NCBI GenBank assembly: GCA_947056845.1
Contig: CAMSCJ010000001.1
Coordinates: 96,442-160,441, forward strand
Length of the DNA stretch: 64,000 nucleotides
Source of the DNA: an uncultured Mycoplasmatota bacterium
GTDB taxonomy: Bacteria; Bacillota_I; Bacilli_A; RF39; UBA660
Direction of reading: 5' to 3'
Positions 50,486-60,433 of the stretch are shown here, piece by piece (the stretch's first letter is position 1; the number at the start of each line of letters is the position of its first letter). The notes beneath the pieces were generated by a model that had not been told where the DNA came from, made no database searches, and saw only the letters and a program-made list of their open reading frames with translations. Made by a program: the position numbers and the translations under genes.

Positions 50486-50776
50486 CTATCTTTGTCTATT
50501 CATAGTATCAGATTCATTTAATGAATTTCCAAATGTATTAGTAAGCGTATCAAAATAATTAATAGCAGCTGTTCCTTTTTTCATATCATTTTTTGCTATA
50601 TGACTTTTTGCTTTATCTGTTACCTCTAAACCCTGCATAATGGCTATAGAAGCACGTAATGCACGAATTTCCTCTTCTAAAGCTACATTTTTATCATGTA
50701 ATCTTTGTATTTCTGCACATGCATTTTGAAGCATTTTATATAACATTTGTATGTTTAAATCATCTTTATTATCCAT
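50486..50776 (-). CDS. Hypothetical coiled-coil protein
   Basis: 96 aa. Locally higher GC than its surroundings. Confidence 0.4.
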   Translation of the reverse strand: MDNKDDLNIQMLYKMLQNACAEIQRLHDKNVALEEEIRALRASIAIMQGLEVTDKAKSHIAKNDMKKGTAAINYFDTLTNTFGNSLNESDTMNRQR

Positions 50777-50933
50777 ATAAAATTCCCTCTTTTCTATTTT
50801 TCTACTTATAGAATAGCAAAGTCATTATACTTTTTCAACACTTTTGTACTTTTTTTACAAAAACTGTACATTTGCATTAGCATTTTTTCTAAAATTTAAT
50901 AAAATATATTGAATACTAGATGGGAGGTATATT

Positions 50934-51134
50934 ATGTATTATTATGGCGGATACCAAGGATACGGTAGTGGATGCTGTGGATATGGTCAAGGCGGATACG
51001 GTTATGGCGCTGGCTATGGTGCAGCAATTATCTTAGTATTATTTATATTATTAGTAATTATAATTGGTGCTAGATCATTTGGTAATGGTAACAACTGTGG
51101 TTGTGGCAACAACTCTTGTAATGGTTGTAACTAA
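50934..51134 (+). CDS. YjcZ-family small sporulation protein (Gly/Tyr/Cys-rich with a central TM)
   Basis: [17 protein letters not shown]...[15 protein letters not shown]... matches the YjcZ-like pattern. Confidence 0.5.
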   Translation: MYYYGGYQGYGSGCCGYGQGGYGYGAGYGAAIILVLFILLVIIIGARSFGNGNNCGCGNNSCNGCN

Positions 51135-51179
51135 AGGGAAGAATATCTTCCTTTTTTTGTTTAATATAGTTACTTTTTA

Positions 51180-52673
51180 TTAATCCTCAAAAATTATATA
51201 ATATTGACCCCCAATATTATTTCTATCAATTTGAAATAGATCAGATGTCCCATCTTTATAATGGATATTAATATTTAAAGGTTCAACAGCTACCCGCATT
51301 TGTCTCATTGTCATTTGCATTATATTCCCATTAGAAGCATCAATATTTACTTCGTATTCAATTGAGGATACTTGTTTTTCAGTATGCTTATTAACTTTAA
51401 TATCACTTTTTATTACATCACTACAACTATTTAAATTAGTTTTATATAAATAATTATCTAACCCTAATATAAATGTATCACAACTATTAGTAGTAAAAAT
51501 CTGCTTCGCAACAACTTTTTTACCATCACTTTTTAATATGTCATAAAACTTTTTTGTGTTAATAAATTATTTATCATAATTGCCAATCCCTAAAGTACCA
51601 TTTTCATAAATTGCTACTTGTAATGGATTATTTATTTCCTTTCCATCTAAACGATACCCAAAAGGTGACATAGTTGCGTATGTATATATTAATAATGGTA
51701 CGTTACCACCAACTCTCAAATCGGCTGTACTAATTAATTCATTATTAACGGTTAAACCATAATTAATAGCCTTACTGCTTCCAGTTGGTGATAACTGCAT
51801 AATTTCTTTAAATTTATAATTAGTATCTACTTTTTTTAATTGAATATCGTACTTACATTCTAAAGAATTACAATTTTCTCCAGAAATTATATCTTCATAA
51901 ATGTTTTGATTTTCAGTTAATACCATTATATTAATATTATAATTCCAAGTATTGTAATCAATAGAAATATATTTAGCTTTTTCATTATTTAAATTAATCA
52001 CTTGTTTTTTACAATTAACTTCTTCACAATTATAGTTTTGCCTTGTCATAGCTGGAGCCTTTTCTAATTGATATAAAACTAAATTTCCATTTTCTATTTT
52101 AAACATTATGGGATTTAGATTTTGACCTATGTATCCTTCATAAGATGTTTCATGTGAGTAATTATTTAATGATTTGTTAAGTTCTTCTTTTTGTTTTTGT
52201 AAATTAGCACTTAATTTAGCTGTTTTTAAAAATTCTAAGTCAGACGCTGAAATATTTTCATTTGCCTTATTATTGCCATCATCATTTATATTATGTTCTA
52301 ATTGAGGATCATTATTTTTATTATTATTTTTATCGTTTTTATCTTTATTTAGAAAATAAAAAATGCCACCAACTAATAATAAAATAATTATTATCAAAAA
52401 TATTACTATACCAACACCTGATTTTTTCCTATTGTTTCCTTTATTCTTAGGATTTTCTTTTATATTGCTACCAATCCAATCGCTAGTTGATGGTTGTGAT
52501 TGGATAAATTCTTGATTTGTATTTATATCAGCCGATTGCATATTTTGGACATTTTGATGATTTAACTGATTATTAGTACTATCAACTATAGTAATTACTT
52601 CACCACAAATCCCACAAAATTTTTCTCCATCTTTAATTATTGTTCCACATTTTCTACATTGCATAATACACAC
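51180..52673 (-). pseudogene. Zinc-ribbon membrane protein gene interrupted by a single in-frame TAA at 51567-51569
   Basis: The track ORF 51567..52673 ends GNYDK*. The same frame continues for another 128 codons (FINTKKFYDILKSDGKKVV...QYYIIFED*) to 51180. Confidence 0.45.
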
Positions 52674-52821
52674 CTCTATTCTTTTTTTATTGTATCATTT
52701 AAAATCAAAAAATGAGATTATTAACATTAATTTTTTTCAATTTTCTATTTTATATACTAAGAAAAAGAAATCATATTTTTATAAATCTATTCACTAAAAC
52801 ACTTTATAATTTATCTTAAAA

Positions 52822-53400
52822 ATGTTAAAATGTTATATGGAGTTGATATATATGTTTAAAAAACTAGATATATTAGATGAAAAAGATAAAAGATTACGAA
52901 TTGTCAGTAAAGAAGTGACTTTTCCAATTAGTAAAGAATATAAAAATTTAATTCAAAGAGCAATTGATCATTTAACATATAGTCAAATTGAAGAATATGA
53001 AAAGAAATATAATTTAAGACCTGGCATGGGATTAGCTTTTCCACAATTAGGAATTAATGAAAGAATTATCATAATTGTAAATGAAGTTGATGATGGTATC
53101 TTTGAAAATTACGTTGTAATTAATCCGAAAATTGTTAGTAATTCGGCCGAAATGGTGGCTGTTGAAGCTGGTGAGGGATGTTTAAGTGTTAATCGTGAAG
53201 TACCCGGACAGGTTTTAAGATATGCGCGCGTTACGGTTGAAGGATTTGATGAAGATGGTAATAAAATTAGAGTTAGGGCTCGTGAAGATTTATCAGTAGC
53301 TTTTCAACATGAAATTGATCATTTAAATGGTATTTTATTTTTTGATAGAATTGATCCTAACAAACGCTTTTATTCTGATATAGAGATTAGATTAATATAG
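52822..53400 (+). CDS. def: Peptide deformylase
   Basis: GLAFPQLG, EGCLS and HEIDHLNG motifs. Confidence 0.85.
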   Translation: MLKCYMELIYMFKKLDILDEKDKRLRIVSKEVTFPISKEYKNLIQRAIDHLTYSQIEEYEKKYNLRPGMGLAFPQLGINERIIIIVNEVDDGIFENYVVINPKIVSNSAEMVAVEAGEGCLSVNREVPGQVLRYARVTVEGFDEDGNKIRVRAREDLSVAFQHEIDHLNGILFFDRIDPNKRFYSDIEIRLI

Positions 53401-53413
53401 AGGAGTTTAAAAT

Positions 53414-55348
53414 ATGAAAAAAATTATAAAATTTGCCTTTTTTGTTTTTTTAGCTTTTGCTTGTCCAATTTTAATTTATTATACAGCTTTGCAAATTAAG
53501 GACTTAGAAGAGATACCTAGTCTAATAACAACGCAAGCTAGTTTAGAAGAACAATTTTTAAATGATATTGATGACTATTCAATCGATAATCCGAAAGTTA
53601 TATTAAATCCTTATGGCATATCGCCTCTTTCAGCTTTAATTATTTTTAAAACTAATGATTTAGCAACACCAACAGTTACAATTAAAGGTAAAGACGAGCT
53701 TTCAACTTATGAGCACACATTTACACAAGATAATATTCACATGTTACCAATTTATGGTTTATATGCAGATAGCGAAAATGAGGTTATTATTTCTATTAAT
53801 GGCAAGGAAAAAATAGTAAAAATTAAGACCGAGCCACTTCCAGAAGATTTTATTTTGCCAACAAAAGTTACTGCTAAAAAAGAAAAATTAAATGATGACT
53901 TATATTTTTTTACACCATCCAGTAAAGGATATACATGTGCTTATGATGTTAATGGTGATGTTCGATGGTATTTAACTGATTATTTTATTTGGGACATTAA
54001 TCGCTTAAATAATGGACACTTAATTTTAAGTAGTAATAGACTTATTAATAAACCTTATTATATGACAGGATTAATGGAAATGGACTTATTAGGAAAAGTT
54101 TATTATGAATATAGTCTACCTGGTGGATACCACCATGATGTTTATGAGATGCCAAATAACAATTTGTTAATTGCTAGTGACAATTTTGGTAGTGGTACTG
54201 TTGAAGATTTTATTGTAGAAATTGATCGGACTAGTGGTGAAATAGTTAAAACATTTGATTTAACAGAAATTTTACCAACAGAGGCCAGCAAAAGTGAGAA
54301 TTGGGTTGAATATGATTGGTTTCATAATAACGCTGTTTGGTATGATGAAAAAACAAATTCAGTTACACTATCTGGTCGACATCAAGATGCGGTCATCAAT
54401 ATTGATTATAAATCAGGAACCTTAAACTGGATAATTGGTGATGCTACTCATTGGCCTAATGATTATCAAAAATATTTCTTTACACCAGTTGGTGAAGATT
54501 TTGAATGGCAATGGAGTCAACATGCTTCTATGATCCTACCAAATGGTGATATCTTCTTATTTGATAATGGAAACAACCGTTCTAAAATAAAAGAAAATTA
54601 TATAAACGCAGAAAATAATTATAGTCGTGGTGTAATTTATAAAATAGATACTACAGATATGACGATTGAAACTGTTTGGCAATATGGTAAAAATAGAGGA
54701 AGTGATTACTACTCCCCTTATATATCTGATGTTGATTATTTAGGTGAAAATCATTATATTGTACATTCTGGCGGACATAATGTTGTTGATGGGAAAATAT
54801 CTAATAATCCGGCAGGATTTGGCAAAGTTGATAGTTTAAATAGTATTACAACAGAATTGTTGAACGATGAAATAATTTTTGAAATTGAATTACCAACTAA
54901 TAATTATCGCGTTCAAAAAATGAATTTATATTCAAAAGAAGTATATTCACCAGGATTAGGGAAAACTGTTGGGAATATGGGCATTACTAAAACAGATGGA
55001 AATCGTCAATTAATTTTATTTTCTAAAAATGGTAATGAGGTTATAGAAAAATATAATATTAAATTCACAAAAGAATTTGATCGTTTAGTTTTTGAGGGAA
55101 CATTTAAAAAAGAGGACAAAGTTTCAATTATTTTGCATCGTATGAGTAGCCAAAAAAATTATGATGTTATTATATCTAACAAACCTTATGCGGCTATGTG
55201 TGTCGATTTATTTAATCAAGATAATAATAGTGATGAAATTAATGTAACAAAATATATTAACGATTTAGGTCTCCATGATCGCTATGAAATTTATTTAAAA
55301 ATAAATGGAACCATTTATAAAATGAATAAAGCTGTTACATTTAACTAA
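53414..55348 (+). CDS. Secreted arylsulfotransferase (ASST)-family beta-propeller protein
   Basis: Signal peptide. YHHDVYEMPNNNLLIASDNF and WFHNNAVWYDEKTNSVTLSGRHQDAVINIDYKSGTLNWIIGD resemble ASST (PF05935). Confidence 0.5.
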   Translation: MKKIIKFAFFVFLAFACPILIYYTALQIKDLEEIPSLITTQASLEEQFLNDIDDYSIDNPKVILNPYGISPLSALIIFKTNDLATPTVTIKGKDELSTYEHTFTQDNIHMLPIYGLYADSENEVIISINGKEKIVKIKTEPLPEDFILPTKVTAKKEKLNDDLYFFTPSSKGYTCAYDVNGDVRWYLTDYFIWDINRLNNGHLILSSNRLINKPYYMTGLMEMDLLGKVYYEYSLPGGYHHDVYEMPNNNLLIASDNFGSGTVEDFIVEIDRTSGEIVKTFDLTEILPTEASKSENWVEYDWFHNNAVWYDEKTNSVTLSGRHQDAVINIDYKSGTLNWIIGDATHWPNDYQKYFFTPVGEDFEWQWSQHASMILPNGDIFLFDNGNNRSKIKENYINAENNYSRGVIYKIDTTDMTIETVWQYGKNRGSDYYSPYISDVDYLGENHYIVHSGGHNVVDGKISNNPAGFGKVDSLNSITTELLNDEIIFEIELPTNNYRVQKMNLYSKEVYSPGLGKTVGNMGITKTDGNRQLILFSKNGNEVIEKYNIKFTKEFDRLVFEGTFKKEDKVSIILHRMSSQKNYDVIISNKPYAAMCVDLFNQDNNSDEINVTKYINDLGLHDRYEIYLKINGTIYKMNKAVTFN

Positions 55349-55357
55349 AATATTAAC

Positions 55358-55394
55358 AAAATAGTACTTAATTAACTAGATTAAGTACTATTTA
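55358..55394 (+). terminator. Terminator hairpin (ATAGTACTTAAT-7 nt-ATTAAGTACTAT)
   Basis: Perfect 12-bp inverted repeat containing AAGTACTT, followed by TTTAAAT. Confidence 0.45.
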
Positions 55395-55413
55395 AATATA
55401 TGGTGGTGATGAT

Positions 55414-56193
55414 ATGAATGAACAAGAATTAATTAAATATTATAATAAATTTAACGAGGAAAAAAGGCTAAATACTAGACATGGCCAAGTGGAATATCAA
55501 ACTTCATTAAAATATATTAATATGTACTTAAAAAAAATGAATAATCCTTCTATTATAGATATAGGTGCAGGAAGTGGTAGATATTCAGCTTTTTTAGCCG
55601 ATAGTGGGTACAAAGTAACAGCTATTGAACTTATTAAACATAATGTTAGAAAAGTTGAGGCTCTAAAAAAAAATATCACCGTTTTTCAAGGTAACGCTAT
55701 TAATTTGAAAAAATTTAAAGATGAAAGTTTTGATTTAACATTACTATTTGGTCCTATGTATCATCTATTGACGAAAGAAGAAAAATTAAAGGCCTTAAAT
55801 GAGGCTAAAAGAATAACTAAAACAAATGGTATTATTATGGTAGCTTACTGTATGAACGATTATGCTGTAATAACGCATGGTTTTAAGGATAATTATATTA
55901 TGGAATGTCTTCATGATAATCAACTAGATAAAGACTTTCATTGCTTAGTTAAAACAAATGATTTATATAGTATGGTTAGACTAGAAGATATTGATGAGTT
56001 AAATGAATTGGCTAATTTAGATAGAATAAAAATTATTGCTACTGATGGTCCGGCTAATTATATGCGAAGTACATTAAATAAAATGGATGATGAAACTTTT
56101 AATATATTTTTAGAATATCATTTTAAAACTTGCGAGCGAATGGATATGATGGGTGCCTCAGCCCATACTTTAGATATATTAAAGAAAAATTAA
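55414..56193 (+). CDS. Class I SAM-dependent methyltransferase
   Basis: Motif I IIDIGAGSGRYS; post-I D/E. Confidence 0.75.
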   Translation: MNEQELIKYYNKFNEEKRLNTRHGQVEYQTSLKYINMYLKKMNNPSIIDIGAGSGRYSAFLADSGYKVTAIELIKHNVRKVEALKKNITVFQGNAINLKKFKDESFDLTLLFGPMYHLLTKEEKLKALNEAKRITKTNGIIMVAYCMNDYAVITHGFKDNYIMECLHDNQLDKDFHCLVKTNDLYSMVRLEDIDELNELANLDRIKIIATDGPANYMRSTLNKMDDETFNIFLEYHFKTCERMDMMGASAHTLDILKKN

Positions 56194-56218
56194 AAGAAAC
56201 CAAATTTTGGTTTCTTTT
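56193..56218. terminator. Bidirectional terminator between the methyltransferase gene and smc
   Basis: AAAGAAACCAAA / TTTGGTTTCTTT inverted repeat followed by T-runs. Confidence 0.55.
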
Positions 56219-56231
56219 AATAATAATAAAA

Positions 56232-59180
56232 CTATTTATCGATATCCTCTAATTTAACACTTACAAGTTTACTAACACCCGATTCTTGCATTGTAATTCC
56301 ATATAGGATATCAGCATATTCCATGGTTTTCTTTTTATGGGTAATTAGAATAAATTGTGTTTTTTTCTTTAGACCCATTAAATATTGACCAAAGCTATCA
56401 ACATTAACCTCATCTAAAGCTGCCTCTACCTCATCTAAAATACAGAATGGAATAGGTCTTGACTTTAGAATAGCAAATAATAAACTAATAGCTGTGAATG
56501 TTTTTTCACCACCTGATAATAAGGAAATACTTTTTAATGTTTTGCCTGGTGGTGAAGCAACAATCTCAATGCCTGTTTCTAATAAATTATTAGGATCGGT
56601 CATTTTTAAGTCAGCGGTTCCTCCTTTAAATAATTCAGTAAATGTTTGTTTGAAATTAGTTCTAACTAGTTCAAAAGTTTTTGAGAACTCTTGCTCCATA
56701 ACAGTATCCATCTCTTTAATAATATCTAGTAAAATATTTTCAGCATTAACTAAATCATTACGTTGATTTATTAAAAATTCATATCTTTCACTTACTCTAT
56801 CATACTCATCTGGAGCAGCTAGATTTACAACACCTAAATCTTTTATTGTTTGTTTCAATTTACTAACCTTTAATCTTGCCTGCTCTATATCCATCTCTAG
56901 TTTGTATAAATTTACAGCTTTCTCATAAGTCATATTGTAAGTTTCATTTAAAGTATTTAGTAAATTATCTAATTTTACATCAATACGGGTAACAGAAATT
57001 TCTAATTCTTTTAACTCTTTATTTTTAACAGATAAACTCGAATTTTCTCGTTTCAATTCATATTCATATTCACTAAGTGAATCATTTAAATTATTTTTTT
57101 CTGTAATAAGTGCTTCTAACTCAGTTGTAGTATTATCTTTTTGTTTTAATGCATCATAATAACGGGTTAAAACCTCTTCCTCTTCTTTAGATAAATTATT
57201 ATTAATAATATTATTTGTTCCATCAATTTCCATATTATGTTGTTTTAATAAATCAGTTGTACTTACTAAAGCTTTGTTTTTGCTATTAATAGCTTCCTCT
57301 TTTTCGATTTTATCTTTTAATAGTAGATATTGTTTATCTTCTAAAGCCTTTAGATCATAATCAGCTTGATTAATATCTTCTTCAATTAATTTTATTTCTT
57401 CATTTAAAATTTTTAATTCATTTAGATTTTTCTCTAATTCATATTTCTCATTTATGATATTTCTATTTTTATTACTATTACCACCAGTTAATGAACCACC
57501 AATATGAAATAATTCGCCAGATAATGTAACAATTCGATAAGTATAGTTAATTTTTTTACTAATAATATTAGCTGCATCTATATCCCTAACGACAATAACA
57601 TTGCCAAGTTGATTGGCTACAATATTATGATATTTTTTATCATATTTAACTAAATTAGAGGCAACATCAATAAAACCATCAAGATTCTTTATATTATTTA
57701 TAGCTGTATCATCAATAAATCTAGGTTTTATTATATTTAGAGGAAAGAACGTTGCCCTACCTATATTTCCATTTTTTAAATAATTAATTGCCTCTTTAGC
57801 ACACTGTTCATTATCAACAACAATATTGCTAACATTAGCACCTAAACAAGTGGATATTGCTAAACTATATTCATCAGATACCTCAATAATATTGCCAACA
57901 ACATTATGAATACCTCTTAGTTTTGGATTATTCAAAATACTTTTAACAGCTACAGGTAATAAATTATTATTTTCAATACTTTCTTGTAATGACTCAATTT
58001 TATTTTCTAAGTTTGTTCTAAAACGAATTTTTTCAGTTAAACTATTATTAAGTTTATAACGTTTATTCTTTTTATTATCAATTTCTTTGTTCTTATCAGA
58101 TATTAAATTATTAATATGGTTTAATTCATTATTTAATAATGAAATTTCGTTATTTAAATTATTAATATCATTCTCCAATTTTAAAGTTTCTTCTTTTAAA
58201 TTAAGAATGTTATTATGTAACTTCGAATCATCAACATCATATTTTTTTCTTTCTAATATTATTGATTTTTCTCCATTTATCTTTTCAACTAAGGCTGTTA
58301 AGTCCAATAATTTCGCTTGATTTTCTTTAATTTTTTCATTTAGATCATTGATTTTAATTTTGAATTGTTCAATTTTAGCTTCACTAGTTGTATTAGCTGA
58401 CATCATATTGACAATTTCGTTATTTATATTTTCGATTTTATTTTTACTATCTTGATATTTATAATTTAAAGTAGTTATATCATTACTAATTAAAGCTATT
58501 TCAATATGTTTAAGTTCTTCAGAAGTATCTATATATAAAATAGCTTTTTCTTTTTGCTCTTTTAATGGACCAACTTGATGTTCTAATTCGTTAATAATAT
58601 CGTCCACACGATTCATATTATCGTGAGTTCGTTCTAATTTTCTTAAAGCCTCATCTTTTCGTTTTTTATATTTTAAAACACAGGCTGCTTCTTCAAAAAT
58701 AATTCTTCTATCACTAGGTTTAGTCGAAATAATTTGTTCTATTTGACCTTGTGAAATAATATTAAAACTATCTCTACCAATCCCACTATCTAAAAATAAA
58801 TCATTAATATCTTTAAGGCGACATTGTTCTCCGTTTATAAAATATTCATTTGTTCCATCTTTGTAAACACGTCTTTTAATAGATACTTCATCAAAATTAA
58901 GTGGTAAATAATGGCCTTTATTATCAAAGATTAAGGTAACACTGGCAACATTTAATGGTTTTCTTGATTTACTACCAGAAAAAATGACATCTGTCATATT
59001 TCCGTCACCTCTAAGTGTTTTGACTGATTGCTCACCTAATACCCATTTAATAGCGTCAACAACATTACTTTTTCCGCTACCATTTGGTCCTACAATTCCG
59101 GTTATTCCATTCGTTAACTCAAAATTCAATTTATCTGCAAATGATTTAAATCCATGTGTTTTAATTTCACGTAAATACAT
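56232..59180 (-). CDS. smc: Chromosome segregation protein SMC. At 982 aa it is a short version.
   Basis: N-terminal Walker A GPNGSGKSN, long coiled coils, a hinge, and a C-terminal signature LSGGEKT plus Walker B. Confidence 0.9.
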   Translation of the reverse strand: MYLREIKTHGFKSFADKLNFELTNGITGIVGPNGSGKSNVVDAIKWVLGEQSVKTLRGDGNMTDVIFSGSKSRKPLNVASVTLIFDNKGHYLPLNFDEVSIKRRVYKDGTNEYFINGEQCRLKDINDLFLDSGIGRDSFNIISQGQIEQIISTKPSDRRIIFEEAACVLKYKKRKDEALRKLERTHDNMNRVDDIINELEHQVGPLKEQKEKAILYIDTSEELKHIEIALISNDITTLNYKYQDSKNKIENINNEIVNMMSANTTSEAKIEQFKIKINDLNEKIKENQAKLLDLTALVEKINGEKSIILERKKYDVDDSKLHNNILNLKEETLKLENDINNLNNEISLLNNELNHINNLISDKNKEIDNKKNKRYKLNNSLTEKIRFRTNLENKIESLQESIENNNLLPVAVKSILNNPKLRGIHNVVGNIIEVSDEYSLAISTCLGANVSNIVVDNEQCAKEAINYLKNGNIGRATFFPLNIIKPRFIDDTAINNIKNLDGFIDVASNLVKYDKKYHNIVANQLGNVIVVRDIDAANIISKKINYTYRIVTLSGELFHIGGSLTGGNSNKNRNIINEKYELEKNLNELKILNEEIKLIEEDINQADYDLKALEDKQYLLLKDKIEKEEAINSKNKALVSTTDLLKQHNMEIDGTNNIINNNLSKEEEEVLTRYYDALKQKDNTTTELEALITEKNNLNDSLSEYEYELKRENSSLSVKNKELKELEISVTRIDVKLDNLLNTLNETYNMTYEKAVNLYKLEMDIEQARLKVSKLKQTIKDLGVVNLAAPDEYDRVSERYEFLINQRNDLVNAENILLDIIKEMDTVMEQEFSKTFELVRTNFKQTFTELFKGGTADLKMTDPNNLLETGIEIVASPPGKTLKSISLLSGGEKTFTAISLLFAILKSRPIPFCILDEVEAALDEVNVDSFGQYLMGLKKKTQFILITHKKKTMEYADILYGITMQESGVSKLVSVKLEDIDK

Positions 59181-59268
59181 ACTAAAATACCACCTATCAA
59201 TTTAGTTAAACTATTAAAATTATACTATATTAAAAGGAAAAAAGCAAAGTTTTCTTTGCTTTCTGATA

Positions 59269-60108
59269 TTATTTATTACATTCTATCTTATCATTATTCA
59301 TTGTACATTTATATCCGTTTATAACAAGTGGCTTTTTAATAGATGCCTCCAAATTACTGTCTAATAAAACTTCACCATCAGTTGGACTTGTTCCTTTAAA
59401 ATCAAGATAAATTGGTTCCTTACCATTTGGAGTATATGAGCACTTCCCATTACTACATACAAATACGACGCCAACTTTAGGGTCATTAACAGGGATTGCC
59501 TCTCCATGATTATCAAGCATATATTCTATTACAACTGCTTCAGCCGATTTTAAAATTCCATAGGCACTATCTTCAGCAGCACTTTTCCTTGAATTATTTA
59601 AGGATCCTAATACTCCATCGCTTTTTAAAACGGGATCCATTTTTTTATCGGAATCAAAGACACACATATCTTGCTCATAAGTATTACTTTCATATAATTC
59701 TTTAAATTCATTATATGTAAAATTAAAAGGAAGATTTTCTTTTTCACTATCAGTGAGCTTATCGTATTTATAAGTTACAGTAATAGAAATTTTATTATTG
59801 TCTTCAGTAGATTTACAATTAACATTTTTAGACATTGATGATAATTCACCCTTAACAAATTCACAAACATCATTGTTAGCTTGTCCAATAAATTCATCTA
59901 AATCTTCTTTATTTTCAAATTCTACATCCATAATCAATTCAAGTGTTTTTAAAGTATCTCCACTTTTATCATAATTAAAAGTGTAATCGTAAGTCATTTT
60001 AAAATCAGATGATTGTTCATAATATGCACACTCTATTTTTTTCCCTTTTCCACAACCAGTTAAACATAATCCCACTAATAAAAAACTTAATATTTTCATT
60101 TTTTTCAT
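59269..60108 (-). CDS. Lipoprotein, hypothetical (Cys-rich)
   Basis: Lipobox LTGC. Confidence 0.55.
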   Translation of the reverse strand: MKKMKILSFLLVGLCLTGCGKGKKIECAYYEQSSDFKMTYDYTFNYDKSGDTLKTLELIMDVEFENKEDLDEFIGQANNDVCEFVKGELSSMSKNVNCKSTEDNNKISITVTYKYDKLTDSEKENLPFNFTYNEFKELYESNTYEQDMCVFDSDKKMDPVLKSDGVLGSLNNSRKSAAEDSAYGILKSAEAVVIEYMLDNHGEAIPVNDPKVGVVFVCSNGKCSYTPNGKEPIYLDFKGTSPTDGEVLLDSNLEASIKKPLVINGYKCTMNNDKIECNK

Positions 60109-60252
60109 TGCTAAACACTCCTATCTTTACTATTCTAATATATAATATATTTTTAAAGAAGGCAACTTTTTTAATGTTATATTTAACTTATTTACACTAT
60201 TTTTTATTAATAAACTTCAAACTGTAATTTAATGTTTTTTAATTTATAGCAC

Positions 60253-60279
60253 AAAAAAAGCCTTATTTCTAAAGACTTT
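60253..60279 (-). terminator. Terminator downstream of tRNA-Glu
   Basis: AAAGTCTT-8 nt-AAGGCTTT (one G-U pair) followed by U7 on the minus strand. Confidence 0.35.
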
Positions 60280-60290
60280 TATTTTTAAAA

Positions 60291-60367
60291 TGGTGACTCG
60301 TATGGGTTTCGAACCCATGAATACCACCTTGAGAGGGTGGCGTGTTAAACCACTTCACCAACGAGCC
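60291..60367 (-). tRNA. tRNA-Glu (anticodon CUC)
   Basis: Cloverleaf folded by hand: acceptor GGCTCGT/ACGAGTC, anticodon stem CCACC/GGTGG with loop CTCTCAA, T-arm ATGGG-TTCGAAA-CCCAT, encoded CCA. Confidence 0.75.
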
Positions 60368-60433
60368 ATTAATAATATCAATTGACATTATTAATTTTAG
60401 CATAACCGTTATTTATTTTCAACCTATTTATTT

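Noticed and set aside
28315-55391. Recurrence of the palindromic motif TTAAGTACTTAA at the sRNA candidate and in the ASST terminator (55361..55391)
   Set aside because: It could be a shared regulatory element or uptake-signal-like sequence. Two occurrences in AT-rich DNA are not enough to distinguish from chance without a genome-wide count.
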